Made by a program: the position numbers and the translations under genes
Origin: Felis catus
Lineage: Eukaryota
Assembly: GCF_018350175.1 (NCBI RefSeq)
Contig: NC_058368.1
Span: 153,638,001 to 153,702,000, forward strand
Direction: 5' to 3'
Length of the DNA: 64,000 bases
Notes under the pieces: model-generated
The model's database searches: none
What the model was told of the DNA's origin: nothing
Seen by the model: the letters and a program-made list of their open reading frames with translations, nothing else
In this document: positions 12,560-25,959 of the stretch, piece by piece
How positions within the stretch are numbered: position 1 is the first letter of the stretch
Layout: each line of letters starts with the position of its first letter

Positions 12560-15500
12560 GGCAAGATTCCATTCTTTTTGATTGCTGAGTAATACTCCAT
12601 TACATATATATACGTATATATATACACAAATATATGTATATGTGTATATATATATATACGTATATACACACACACACACTATATATATATATACACATAT
12701 ATATTGTATATATATATACATATATACATACATATACATATATATATAGTGTGTGTGTGTGTGTATACACACCACTTCTTTATCCATTCATCCATCGATA
12801 GACATTTGGACTCTTTCCATACTTTGGCTTTTGTCGATAGCACTGCTATAAACATTGGGGTGCATGTACCCCTTTGAAACAGCATACCTGTATCTCTTGG
12901 ATAAATTCCTAGTAGTGCAATTATTGGATTGTAGGGTAGTTCTATTTCTAATTTTTTGAGGAATAGCCATACTGTTTTCCAGAGTGGCTGCACCAGTTAG
13001 CATTCCACCAGCAGGGCGAAAGAGATCCTCTTTTTCCACATCCTCGCCAACATCTGTTGTTGCCTGAGTTGTTTATTTTAGCCATTCTGACTGTTGTGAC
13101 GTGGTATCTCTCTGTGGTTTTAATTTGTATTTCCCTCATGATGAGTGCTGCTGAGCATTTTTTTCATGTGTCTGTTAGCTATCTGGATTTCTTCTTTGGA
13201 GAAGTGTCTATTCAAGTCTTCTGTGCATTTTTTCACTGGATTATTTGTTTTCTGGGTGTGGTTTTGATTAGTTCTTTAAGATTTTGGGTGCTAACCCTTT
13301 ATCTGGTATATCATTTGCAAATACCTTCTCCCATACTGTCAGCTACCTTTTAGTTCTGCTGATTGTTTGCTTTGCTGTGCAGAAGCTTTTTATTTTGATG
13401 ATGTCCCAATAGTTCATTTTTGCTTTTGTTTCCCTTGCCCCCAAAGACGTGTTGAGTAAGAAGTTGCTGTGGCCAGGGTTAAAGAGGTTTTTGTCTGCTT
13501 TCTCCTCCAGGATTTTGATGGCTTCCTGTCTTATGTTTAGGTCTTTCATCCATTTTGAGTTTATTTTTGTGTATGGTGTAAGAAAGTCCAGGTTCATTTT
13601 TCTGCATGTCCCTGTCCAGTTTTCCCAACACCATTTGCTAAGGAGAGTGTCTTTATTCCATTGGATATTCCTTCCTGCTTTGTCAAAGATTAGTTGGCCA
13701 TAAGTTTGTGGGTCCGTTTCCGGGTTCTCTATTCTGTTCCATTGATCTGAGTGTCTGTTTTTGTGCCAATACCATAATGTCTTGATAATTATAGTTTTGT
13801 AATACATTTTGAAGTCTGGGATTGTGATGCCTCCAGCTTTGGTTTTCTTTTTCAGGATTGCTTTGGCCATTTGGGGTCTTTTCTGGTTCCATACAAATTT
13901 TAGAATTGTTTGTTTTAGCTCTATGAAGAATGCTGGTGTTATTTTGATAGGGATTGCAATGAATATGTAGATTGCTTTGGGTAGTATTGACATTTTTAAG
14001 AGTATTTGTTCTTCTAATCCATGAGCATAGAATATTTTTCCAATTTTTGTGTCTTCTTCAATTTCTTTCATAAGCTTTGTCTAGTTTCAGTGTATAGGTT
14101 ATTCACCTCTTTGGTTAGGTTTATTCCTGGGTGTTTTACGGGTTTTGGTGCAATTGTAAATGGGATCAATTCCTTGATTTCTCTTTCTGTTACTTCATTA
14201 TTGGTGCATAGGAGTACATCCAATTTCTATGCATTGATTTTATATCCTGCGAATTTGCTGAATTCATGGATCAGTCCTAGGAGTTTTTTGTGCAATCTTT
14301 TGGGTTTTCTATATAGAGTATCGTGTCATCTGCCAGGAGTGAAAGTTTGGCCTCCTTCTGGCCGATTTGGATGCCTTTTATTTCTTTGTGTTGTCTATTT
14401 GCTGACACTGGGACTTCCAATACTATGTTGAATAACAGTGGTGAGAGTGGACATCTGTGTTGTGTTCCTGACCTTAGAGGGAAAGCTCTTAGTTTTTCCC
14501 CATTGAGGATGATATAAGCAGTGGGTCTTTCATGTATGGCTTTTATGATCTTGAGGTATGATCCTTTATCCCTACTTTCTTGAGGGTTATTATCAAGAAG
14601 GGATGCTGTATTTTGTCAAATACTTTCTCTGCATCTATTGAGAAGATCATGTGGTGCTTGTCCTTTCTTTTGTTAATAATGTGTATCACATTGATTGTTT
14701 TGCAGATACTGAACTAGTCCTGCATCCTAGGTATAAATCCCACTTGGTTGTGGTGAATTATTCTTTTAATGTATTGTTGATATGGTTGGCTAGTATCTTG
14801 TTGAGGATTTTCACATCCATGTTCATCAGGGAAAATGGTCTGTAGTTCTCCTTTTTGCTGGAGTGTTTGTCTGGTTTTGGAATCAAGGTAATAGTGGCTT
14901 CACAGGATGAATTTGGAAGTTCCTTCCATTTCTATTTTTTGTAATAGCTTCAAAAGAATAGGTGTTAACTCTTCTTTAAATGTTTGGTTGAATTCCCCTG
15001 GAAAGCCATCCAGCTCTGGAGTCTTGTTTTTTGGGAGATTTTTGATTACTAATTCGATTTCTTTACTGGTTATGGGTCTGTTCAAATTTTCTATTTCTTC
15101 TTGTTTCAATCTTTGTAGTTTATATGTTTCTAGGAATTTGTCATTTGCTTCCATATTGCCCATTTTATTGGCATATAATTGCTCATAATATTCTCTTATT
15201 GTTTGTATTTCTGCTGTTTTGGTTGAGATCTCTCCTCTTTAATTCTTAATTTTATTATTTGGATCCTTTCCTTTTTCTTTTGGATCAAACTGGCTACGGG
15301 TTTATCAATTTTGTTATTTCTTTCAAAGAACCAGATCCTGGTTGCATTGATCTGTTCTACTGCTTGTTTGGTTTTGATAGCATTGATTTCTGCTCTAACT
15401 TTATTACTTCCTGTCTTCTGCTGGTTTTGGGTTTTATTTGCTGTTCTTTTTCCAGCTCTTTAAGGTGTAAAGTTAGGTTGTGTATCGGAAACCTTTCTTC

Positions 15501-16370
15501 CTTCTTTAGGAAGGCCTGGATTGCTATATACTTCCCTCTTATGACTGCCTTTGCTGCGTCCCAGAGGTTTTGAGGTGTGGTATTATCATTTTCTTTGGCT
15601 TCCATGTGCTTTTTAATTTCTTCTTTAACTTCTTGGTTAGCCCATTCATTCTTTAGTAAGATGTTCTTTAGTCTCCTATTATTTCTTACTTTTCCAAATT
15701 TGTTTTCTTGTGGTTGATTTCGAGTTTCATAGTGTCGTGGTCTGAAAATGTGCACAGTAGGATCTAGATCTTATTGTACTTGTTGAGGGCTGATTTGTGT
15801 CCCAGTATGTAATCTATTCTAGAGAATGTTCCATGTGCACTGGAGAAGAATGTGTGTTCTGTGCTTTACGATGAAGTGTTGTGAATATATCTGTTAAGTC
15901 CTTTGGGTCCAGTGTGTCATTCACAGCCATTGTTTCCTTGTTGATTTTCTGTTTAGGTGATAGTCCCCTACTATTATGGTATTATTATCAATGAGTTTTT
16001 TTTATGTTTGTGATTAATTGATTTATATATTTGGGTCTTCCACGTTTGGAGCATAGATCCTCTTGGTCGATAGACCCCTTAATTATGATATAATGCCATT
16101 CTTCATCTCTTGTTACAGTCTTTATTTTAAAGTCTAGATTGTCTGATATAAACATGGCTACTCTGTCTTTCTTTTGTCAACCATTAACATGATAGATGGT
16201 TCTCCATCCCCTTACTTTTGATCTGAAGGTGTCTTTAGGTCTAAAATGGGTCTCTTGTAAACAGCATATAGATGGATTGTGGTTTCTTATCCATTCTATT
16301 ACCCCTATATCCTTTGATTGGAGCATTTGGTCCATTGATATTTATAGTGAGTACTGAAAGATAGGAATTT
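12560..16370 (-). pseudogene. L1 ORF2 (endonuclease/reverse transcriptase), frameshifted
   Basis: Fragments [49 protein letters not shown]...[37 protein letters not shown] lie in different frames. Confidence 0.93.
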
Positions 16371-16404
16371 TGGTCTTTTTTTTTTTTCATCTTTTCTCCC
16401 CTCA

Positions 16405-17300
16405 GAGAGTTCCCCTTAAAATTTCTTGCATGGCTGGTTTAGTGATCACGTACTCCTTTACTTTTTGCTTGTCTGGGAAACTTTTTCTCTCTTCTTCTAT
16501 TTTGAATGACAGCCTTGCTGGATAAAGAATTCTTGGCTGCATATTTTTCCAATTCAGCACATTTAGTGTATTTTGCCACTACTTTCTGGCCTGCCAAGTT
16601 TTTGTGCATAGGTTTGCTGTGAAACTGATCTGTCTTCCCTTGTAGGTTAAGGACTTTTTTTCCCTTGATGCTTTCATGATTCTTTCCTTGCTTGAGTATT
16701 TTGTGAATTTGGACTATAGTATGCCTTGTTGATGTTTGGTTTTTGTTGAATCTAATGGGAGTTCTCTGTGCTTCCTGGATTTTGATGTCTGTGTCTTTCC
16801 TCAGGTTAGGAAAGTTTTCTGCTATCATTTGCTTACATACACCTCTTACCCCTTTTCTCTCGCTTCATCATCTGGGACCTCTATGATTCTGATGTTATTC
16901 CTTTTTAGTGAATCACTGAATTCTCTAGTTCTTATAGTGTGTTCTTTTGCCTTAGTTTCCCTCTTTTTTCCTGCTTCATTATTCTCTATGTTTGTCCTCT
17001 ATATCACTGACTCGCTGCTCTACTTCATCCATCCTTGCCATCATGGCATCCATTTGAGATTGCAGCTCAGTTAAAGCATTTTTAATTTTGTCCTGACTTG
17101 ATTTTACTTTTACATTTTACTTGATTTTACTTTATCTACACAGAAAGAAATTCTATGCTTTTATGAACCCCAGATAGTATTCTTATTATTGTAATTCTAA
17201 ATTCTGGTTCACATATCTTTTTTGCTTGTATCTGTGTTGATTAAAGCCCTGCTTGTCATTTCTTCCTGTTCTTCCTTTTGGGGTGAATTCCTTCATTTCA
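16405..17300 (-). pseudogene. L1 ORF1, frameshifted
   Basis: IAENFPNLRKDTDIKIQEAQRTPIRFNK; C-terminus ...QEILRGTL-stop near 16405. Confidence 0.9.
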
Positions 17301-19700
17301 TCATTTTGAAAGAAGAAAAATTATTAATAATATAAAAAAATTAAAATTAAAAAATTAAAATTAAAAAATTAAAAACAACACAAAAATCAAATAAAGGATG
17401 CTAGCTCCTAGGTCTGTTTTGGTCTGATAGTTTAAACAAGTTTGAGAGAATAGACAAAAAAGGGAAAGAAAAGAAAAAAGAAAACATTTGAAAATAAAAA
17501 AAAATGAATACAATAAAAGAATAAAATGAAAAAAAAGTAAAATAGGATTTTAAAAATTTACAAAAAGAGTAAAAAATATAGTAGAAAAAATTAAAGAAAA
17601 ATCTTTTTTATAAAAAGGAAAATAAAAATAAATTTTTTTCTCTTTCTGTATTCAAGAATAAAGAAAACGAAAAAAAATTGAATAGATGGACGAGCAAACA
17701 GAATGAAATACTATTGAAATTACATACAGTTTCCCCTAGAAGTCAAACTATGAAGCACTTTATAGTCCATAAACTAAGCAGGCAAAGAGACTTGCAGTGT
17801 TCCTCTAGTGCATGCTTTGCCCGTTCTCCACTAGATGGTGCTGGTTAGTTACTGGGGTGGATCGTTGTGCAGCATGTAGCTGTGTATGTGCATGCATGGG
17901 AAGAGTGAAAATGTTGTAACCCAGTTACCTAGTGTCTTGTATCAGAACTCTGTGCTCTTGCCCACTGGCAATCAACACTCTCCTTTGTCTCCTGCTACCA
18001 TCCACTCCCCTCTTCTACACTGACCTAGCCTCAGCCTGCCAGGCACCTCCTTCCTGAGTCTTATCTCAGATGGGGCTGTGTTTCCAACCCCCTCACTTCT
18101 GAGGGTCCTACAGGTTTCAACCTCTCAGGTCCTCTGGAGGAGAGTCTTGGAGAGCAATGGCTGGGTGCTGGCCTGAACCCTGGAGCATTCACACTGCACT
18201 GCTGCAGATGCCCAGAGACAGCAAGTTAGGTGCCAGCCCACCCCAGAAAAATTTCACATGATCTTGTAGCAGCAGTGTTTCAAGGATTATGATAAACAAC
18301 AACACACATCTGGCGTCAGGCTTCTGTGTTAACATCCTTGTTCCAACAGCAGTGAATGTGGCTGTTCTCCTGGGTCTGCTGGGACCTTTGCCTGGGGGGA
18401 GGCCACACATTCTCTACCAAATTTCCTCACAGCAGGTAAACTGCCTCTTTCCATGTGGGCTGAGGACCCCTTGGACCTCACTGTTTGCTCCTGGGGATTT
18501 GCCCTTCCACCAGAGCACTGCTATGTATTGAGTTGTGGAGTTTCAGACTTTGAGCTTCCCGTGTTTGTAGTGTCTTAATGGTATTTAAACCCTATCCCTT
18601 CTCCTTTCTCACTGTTATTGTTCAGTCCCTTGTAGTTCCTTTCTCCTTTTTCTTTTTTTTTTTGTTTAGTCCATTCTTTCTCTCCAGCTTCTTTTGGCAG
18701 GGAATGCTTTTCCTGTCCTCTCCCCACTGTCTCTGTCCTCTCCCCACAAGCAAAAACATCTCCCTACCCTCCATGGCTTCCCTCTCCCCAACTTCACCTC
18801 TCCACACTGTGTACCTACTGAGTCCTGTGGTTCAGGTTGTGCAGATTGTTGTGTTAATCCTCAAATCAGTTTTCTAGGTGTGCAAGATGGTTTGGCATTG
18901 ATTTAGCTGCATTTCAGGGACAAGAGAGAGGTAAAAAAAAAAAAAGTTTAGTGCTACTCCGCCATCTTGGCCCCTCCCTCTTAATGTATATTTTTTAAGA
19001 AGGAAGATTCTTAATAATCACAGTGTATAGTAAGTGCACGTGTATGTATACTTGAAAGTCATATGAGCACCAACATGATGTTTTCTCTACCAGTAGGCTG
19101 ACAATTTCATCATATTTTTCACTCTATTGTTTAGGATTATTTCCAGAATCAGTATGGGTGCCTCACAGCAAAGTGATATCCTTATTTTATAGTCATGCAA
19201 TCAGAACCATCAGCCTTACAAAAAATATTAAAAAGAGGCAGGCGAATGAATTAATTAGGGTTATCCATTCCTGATAAAAGGTTTGTAAACTATTTCTTTG
19301 AATAATAAATCTGTTCATTTAAGTTATCATTAGAATTGGGAATAAAATAGAGGATCATATCAGTGGCACTGCCTAACTTGGCTAGTTTTTTAATCTGTAG
19401 TGAAAAACAAACTTTCCTGAAACTAACTTCTGTATTTGAAATTTTAGATCAGTGAAGATTTTTTTTGAAGGAATAAAAGAGTAATAGTCATTTATTGGAA
19501 AAGCGTGCTATTCTTTACAGCTTGTTTACATAAAATAAAATTATTCAGTATGGACTTATTTTCCCCAAGGTAATTTCTTCTGAGTTTGTGTCGTTAGAAT
19601 TAAATATTTGCTAGATCCTGAGAACTAATATACAATCTGTAATGATCCCATTGTGAGTCCACAAGACATTTTTTTTAGATGATAAACATTTCTTATTTTT

Positions 19701-19900
19701 TTCATTCATTCATTCATTCATTCATTCATTCATTCATTCAATTATGTATTCATTACTGAGCTCCTACTGTGAATCAGATATTTTTGTTGAATACTTGTGA
19801 TATAAATGAAAAAGATAATATTTTTGAATTCTTTGTCCCTCTATGATCACCAAGCTCCTGAAAGTAGGAAAAGGAACTGAAATGATCATTGAAAAAAGAA
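19701..19900 (-). mobile_element. L2 3' end relic with (TTCA)10
   Basis: (TTCA)10 at 19701-19740 followed by tactgagctcctactgtg, resembling an L2 tail. Confidence 0.6.
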
Positions 19901-19934
19901 GAGAATAGAATTGCTAAAAAAAATACATAGTACT

Positions 19935-20114
19935 GGGGTGCCTGTGTGGCACAATTGGTTAAGGGTCCAACTCTTGATTTCAGCTCAGGTCGTGATCTCA
20001 GGGTCATGAGACTGAGCCCCTCACTGAACTCCATGCTGAGTGTGGATCTTGCTCAGGATTCTCTCTCCTTCTCTCTCTGCCCCTTCCCCACTCACTCTTT
20101 AAAAAGAAAATTAG
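19935..20114 (+). mobile_element. Can-SINE
   Basis: ggggtgcctgtgtggcacaattggttaag head, (CT)n, A-tail, TSD core aaaaatacat. Confidence 0.92.
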
Positions 20115-21504
20115 AAAAATACATTGAAATTAAGTTGACACCAAGTAATAACAACATCTACATTCATTGCTATTAATAAGGCTTATGGAGATATAGCAAT
20201 AGACAGTTTGTTTATTATTTGGTGAATAAAAACCATGATTTTTTGGAAAATTGTCTTGGCTGACAATTATTGTTTGTTCTCATACTTTAAGTCCACTGTA
20301 TAAAATTAGCCATATTGATTTCTCAAAAGCTCCTTTAAAATTTATTTATGCTGAATGCTTCTATTAGTGCACCTTCATCTTTTTGCCCTCTAATCTGCCA
20401 TGACCCCAGAAAAGCATCAACAAAATAAACCAAGAAAAGAACAGATAGGCAATATCCCTTGTCTGGACTCATTTTCATGTAGGAAATCATAACCAGGTCA
20501 TTGTTTTCTGTTTCAGAATTTCTTACAAAGATGCATTCACTGTGTGAAATTGTTTCTTCATGATTTTGAACCTAAGACAAAAAGCAGCTTTCAATTCCTG
20601 ATTATAGCTTCTCAAAATGTACAGTATAATTAATGTTGAAAGAGCGATTATATTCCAAGTCCTTATTTCACACCATTCAAACTTTCTCTTGTTTTTAACT
20701 TTGGGAATTTTAGTCACATTTTCAGAACAAGGTAAATTTTGTGAGAGACAGCGAGAAATAAAGGGCAGGTGTACTGTAATTGGTACAAATGCATATGAGA
20801 ATATTTTACACACATTATACTTATGCTTAAATTTTGAGTAGCTAAAAGAGTCTCAGTCTTTGATGTTCAACAATTCAGAGAGGCATCCTGTGTTCATTTT
20901 ATCTAAATAATTTCCTTCTACTCCATCCCTTCTTTCAGTATTAGTGCAGACAGGTTATTTCATTCATATATATCATTACACACTATTTGCTCACTTACTT
21001 AGTCTGGGTCCTTCTACTTGGAAAACTATCTTCATGAGACAGGAGCCTCTTCTGTTTTGACATACAACAGACATTGAAAATATATGTTTTGAATAAGTAA
21101 ATGGAAGAAAAAATAAATAAATTACTCTACTACTGACTTAAAGAATAGAATGGACACAATTTGAGGTATTTAATAATAGTTTAAAAAATTATCAATCACA
21201 GGCAGGTCATATAGTTTTCGTTTTGTTTGTTTCAAAAAGATGTTTGGCAAAGCTGCTTTTCGAATAATCTTAAAATTAATAACTATTTTTAGAATCTAGG
21301 TATGGGAAGCTTGCATTTCAAATCTTGCATACTGTTTTCTAGTTGCTTTTCCCGGTGTTAAATGGTGTATATTTGTTGTCTAGTTGTGGTCACTTGTTTG
21401 TGTGGTTCTGGGAAAATAGTTTCAACTAAAGCCATTATTCAAGCTAGGTGTGTGTTGTAAATATGTTTTAACACAGTATTTGTCCTGACCATTCATCCCA
21501 AGAT

Positions 21505-21615
21505 AACTTAGAGAGCTAGAAGTTGGTCTTTTATTCATTGTTGCTTTTCAACTCCATTAACAGTGTATGTCATATAGTAGGTATTCAACAAATAATTTTT
21601 GATTGAATTAGTAGG
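21505..21615 (+). mobile_element. L2 3' end relic
   Basis: catatagtaggtattcaacaaataatttttgattgaat. Confidence 0.6.
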
Positions 21616-22399
21616 TAATAGTTCCATGGGTGTAAATGAGGCAGTGATCATGACATGGAAGCCAGAACTAGGCAATACATTGGAAAACTTTTCAGAGAAC
21701 AGCCTCTAGACAGGCAAAATAAGTTTTGAGGATTATATAATTACCCAGGTTAGGAAAAATCAGGAGGGCAAAAATCCAGGTAGGTAAGAGGTGAAAGTCA
21801 GACTGACATTTGTGGTCAAGACAGTACAAATCTGAATTCCAACAGGTAGAAAAATCAGATGTAGGAGCCAGTAAGTAGAGAACAGTAATATGAATTTGAC
21901 TGTGAAATACCATCTGTTTTGGTGATCAACTCTTACAACAGTTGCATGCTGAGGACATGGGTATTTGTTGACAGATAAGTGTGGATAAAATGAGAGATCT
22001 GGACTAGAGTAGGTAAAAGAGTAATTCTCAAAGGTGGATTTCAGCACAGTGACTGTGTTTACATAACGATTCCCAAGAATTGACTGGGGAAGTTTAGGTA
22101 AGATAAAAATGATTATTTCTGATGTTGACACACTTATATTAATACCACTTATGTTTTCTTGTATGCCATATTCCTTATAGTGAATAACTGTTAAACATGG
22201 GCATAAACCCATGTAGAATTAACAAATGAATCTCAGGTTAATAAAAATGTGTGTTAGGATGCTTAAATAGTTTTCTTATCCCTTTGAGTTCACTGGGGAG
22301 AGAGAGATAGAAAAGATGAATCACATTTAAGAAGAGGGGCTTTTGGTTGCCCAGCTGAGGTGGACATAATATCAAGAAAATGGTGACTGAGGGTGCACT

Positions 22400-22828
22400 G
22401 GTGTGTTTCCTCACTCAGATCTCCTCTACTTAGCCAAAAAGTGACCCCAGACAGTTTTTAAACATCCCTAAGTCTTCTGGAATCTTTCTACCTAAAGACA
22501 TATTTTTACCTAAGGAGCATGCCCAGGCTGGGCATTGGGTAGGTGGGAAGTGCAGGGAGTTGAAAATGGAGAACAGGAGTTGAAGAATAAGTATCTCATG
22601 TTCTGCCTTCAGTGGGTCAGTTCTGTGGCATGTTTTACATTGTCTCTGAGTGTATACTGCAGAGTTGGTTTCCATGGTAACTTTTCATCAACACAGCTTT
22701 TATTGGTTTTCTTCTCTTTTTGTCTCATCCCTTTACCTTCTCACTGTGCTTTCTGAGATTATATGCCAAAAAGCTACTTGCATCCTGATTCCCATCCTGG
22801 TCTGTCTGGGGGGAACTAAAACTAAATA
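22400..22828 (+). mobile_element. ERVL-type solo LTR (LTR16-like), degenerate
   Basis: 3' end aaaagctacttgcatcctgattcccatcctggtctgtctggggggaactaaaactaaata resembles an LTR16 terminus; 5' boundary uncertain. Confidence 0.55.
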
Positions 22829-23373
22829 GTAACTACTTAATGGAAAGAACAAAGCAATGTTGAACTGTATCAATACCATATATACCATATATATTCATAA
22901 TCCTCTAATAATCCAAACTTTTCTTATTGATTATGCATTATACTTGAGAATCCTTCCAAATGTTGATACTATGCATGTGAAATTACCCATTATAATCACA
23001 ATCACTGAAGGTTTATCAATCCATCAGATTTTACGTATATCCAAGTTAGTATGTTCAGTGTTAGGAATACTACTCATTTCAAAAGAGCAAACATTGTGCT
23101 TTGTAATTTGAAATTTAGGTATGTATAATTCAATAAATATATGTATTTCTAGGTAATAAATTGCTTGTATGAGATTGACACTTGCCTAAATTTTATACAA
23201 TTCTGACTTAATATGTAAATATGTAACAGTTTGTGACCACACAAATTTTAATCCTTGCATGGTCGTCCTTTATAAACTGGTTCTGAAACAAACATTCACT
23301 TAATTAGATTATGAGTCTTGATGAGGTAAACTTAAAAAAACTAACACAATACTTTAAAAATTTTCAAAACAGG

Positions 23374-23566
23374 AGGGACATCTGGATAGCTCAGTCATTT
23401 GAACATCTGACTCTTGATTTTGGTTCAGGTCATGATCCCAGGGTTGTGGGATTGAGCTCCCCATTGGGCTCTGTGCTGTGTGGAGACTGCTTAAGATTCT
23501 CTCTCTCCCCCTCTGCCCCTCTCCCCCTTTTGAGTGTGTGTGCTCTCTTTTTCTCTAAAAAAAAAT
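23374..23566 (+). mobile_element. Can-SINE
   Basis: Head agggacatctggatagctcagtc; TSD core tttcaaaaca on both sides. Confidence 0.92.
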
Positions 23567-23678
23567 AAATTTCAAAACATGACTAATGGATTTTCAATTT
23601 CTTAATGTATACTTCATGGTATTCTTATAATTTCTCTCAAAAGTAATAATGTATAGATTGCTACTATTTTCTTCTTTT

Positions 23679-23918
23679 TTTAAATTTTTTTATTATTTAA
23701 AAAAAATTTTTTTTTCAATGTTTATTTATTTTTGGGACAGAGAGAGACAGAGCATGAACAGGGGAGGGGCAGAGAGAGAGGGAGACACAGAATCAGAAGC
23801 AGGCTCCAGGCTCTGAGCCATCAGCCCAGAGCCTGACGCGGGGCTCGAACTCATGGACCGCGAGATCGTGACCTGGCTGAAGTCGGAGGCTTAACCGACT
23901 GCGCCACTCAGGCGCCCC
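23679..23918 (-). mobile_element. Young feline SINE (SINEC_Fc-type)
   Basis: CpG-rich near-consensus body; 19-bp perfect TSD gctactattttcttctttt at 23660-23678 and 23920-23938. Confidence 0.97.
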
Positions 23919-24324
23919 GGCTACTATTTTCTTCTTTTACAATATAATTATTTTGTATTAATGGGGACAAACGATCTTATTTGTGAAATGGACAAATTGG
24001 AAATTCTAATAAAAATGAATATCTATAATATTTGAAGAGTTGTAGATAACAATAGCTAAACTTTTCAAGTTCAAGGACCCCTTCCAATAATGACAATAAT
24101 AAAAAGAGTAGTTTTAGTTTTTGATTGTTGGGGGAGGAGAGCGAAGTCTACTATAAATTTAGTAACTTATTTAAAATATTATTTTTTATAAGACAATCAT
24201 TATTTTAGTCCTCAGATAGTTCTTTTTAAAAAATAGTACTTGGCAGTAACTTCCAGTGGTCTGGGAAATGTTACTCTAATCTAATTATAAAATACACAGC
24301 ATATAAGAATTACTTGTGGCAATT

Positions 24325-24544
24325 AAAAATTTTTTTTTTCAATGTTTATTTATTTTTGGGACAGAGACAAAGCATGAACGGGGGAGGGGCAGAGAGAGCG
24401 GGAGACACAGAATTGGAAACAGGCTCCAGGCTCCAGGCTCTGAGCCATCAGCCCAGAGGCTGACGCGGGGCTGGAACTCACAGACCCGAGATCATGACCT
24501 GGCTGAAGTCCGACGCTTAACCAACTGCGCCACCCAGGCGCCCC
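24325..24544 (-). mobile_element. Young feline SINE
   Basis: TSD acttgtggcaatt; extra internal aggctcc unit. Confidence 0.96.
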
Positions 24545-24576
24545 ACTTGTGGCAATTTTAAAAAGGACAGAGACTT

Positions 24577-24782
24577 GAGGCACTTGGGTGGCTCAGTCAG
24601 TTAAGTGTCCGACTTTGGCTTAGGTCATGATCTCACTGTTTGTGAGTTTGGGCTCCCAATCAGGCTGTGTGCTGACAGCTAAGGGCCTGGAGCCCTTCAG
24701 ATTCTGTGTCTCCCTCTTTCTCTGCCCCTCCCCCACTTGCACTCTGTCTTTGTCAAAAGTAAATAAACATTCAAAATTTTTT
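24577..24782 (+). mobile_element. Can-SINE
   Basis: TSD aaaaaggacagagWctt. Confidence 0.95.
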
Positions 24783-25249
24783 TTTAAAAAAGGACAGAGT
24801 CTTCTACCCCCCACACATAGAAACTAAGGTCTCTGCTTGTGGAGCTCTAATATGTATATGTTAACCATTTTAGGTTAGCCACCAGATCTAACACTGGTAT
24901 TCAGACTAGTAATTTGTACCCAGTAGAGAACTCTTTGGTTTTTGCTAATATATAAATACCCTCTCTCCATTTTTAACAAATGCCAGCTCCTGGTCTAAAG
25001 GTTTAACCAATTTCCTGGGAATATTATTCCACAATAAATTGAAAATATCATTAATCACAAGTTCCTTTCACCAGTCTCACATTACAGTCATGTCAAAGTT
25101 GTAATGGTCAATGGATAATAGAGCTCCAAGTTTAAGTACCATGATCATTCTACTTCAACAGAGCTTAAGGCAGCTAAAGATGTATTGGAGATATGTTTTA
25201 GGCTAATCCTTTGGGCTTTTCTCTAAGAAGGAAAAATTTTGATTTCTTT

Positions 25250-25760
25250 GAGAATTAGGTCAGAGCTTAGGAAAGAAGTCTGGTTACAAATACAGATGTG
25301 AGAATCATCAATATCTGGTTGAAGTTGTGGAGAGGTAATGCTTATGAAGGATTAAAAGAGTAGTGAACCAAGAGTAAAGTCTTGAGAAATCTTGGGGGAA
25401 TTTCAACACTTAAGGACTGGGAAGAAGTAGAGGATACAGAAAATGAATAGAGTGGGTGGTATGGCATCAGGGGGGAATACTGTGATAGTAGCTAGTAGAG
25501 AAGTGAATTTTAAGAAATAAAACATAGCATGAATATTCATATTGAAAATGTGTATGAAAAAAGGATGAAAAGAAGACTGAGATTTGGCAAATAGTTTGAT
25601 AACATTAAAAGTAGTTTCAGTGGAGTTGGCAGGGCAAGTAAACAGTAAAAAAAATCATGGATTAAAGAGTGACGGGGGGGGGGGGAGGATAAAGAGGGAA
25701 GAAAGTAAGCATTGACACTTGTTTCAAGAACTTTTCCTGTGACGGTTAAGACGGGAGAGG
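25250..25760 (-). mobile_element. L2 internal relic
   Basis: gatttggcaaatag...gtagtttcagtggagttggcaggg...cacttgtttcaagaactttt. Confidence 0.6.
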
Positions 25761-25829
25761 ATGGTGTATCGAGGAGTGGTTGTTGGTTTTGAAATCATTT
25801 CTTGTTAGTTTTGGAAATACTTAAATAAA

Positions 25830-25940
25830 TGTGGTAGTGAAGGAATTAAGAGCAAGTACCCTAAAGCTAGACACAAGAGTTTGAATTCTGGTTCTGCCAT
25901 TTATGAGTGCTTTGGATACTTAGGTCATTGGTAGCTACCC
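25830..25940 (+). mobile_element. MIR relic
   Basis: ttaagagca...gtttgaattctggttctgccattta. Confidence 0.65.
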
Positions 25941-25959
25941 CTTCTTTCTTTCTGATGCA

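Larger units (their letters stand above)
12185..18980 (-). mobile_element. Near-full-length carnivore LINE-1 (~6.8 kb), inactive
   Basis: 5' end gagggaggggccaagatggcggag with YY1 motif; 5'UTR, ORF1 and ORF2 remnants in the ORF track; 3'UTR and T-tail at ~12185; possible short TSD cttaat. Confidence 0.97.

Noticed and set aside
21760..22212. 150-aa minus-strand ORF
   Set aside because: No recognisable domain or splice context; a length like this can plausibly arise by chance in six frames of 64 kb, and the sequence may be a decayed repeat
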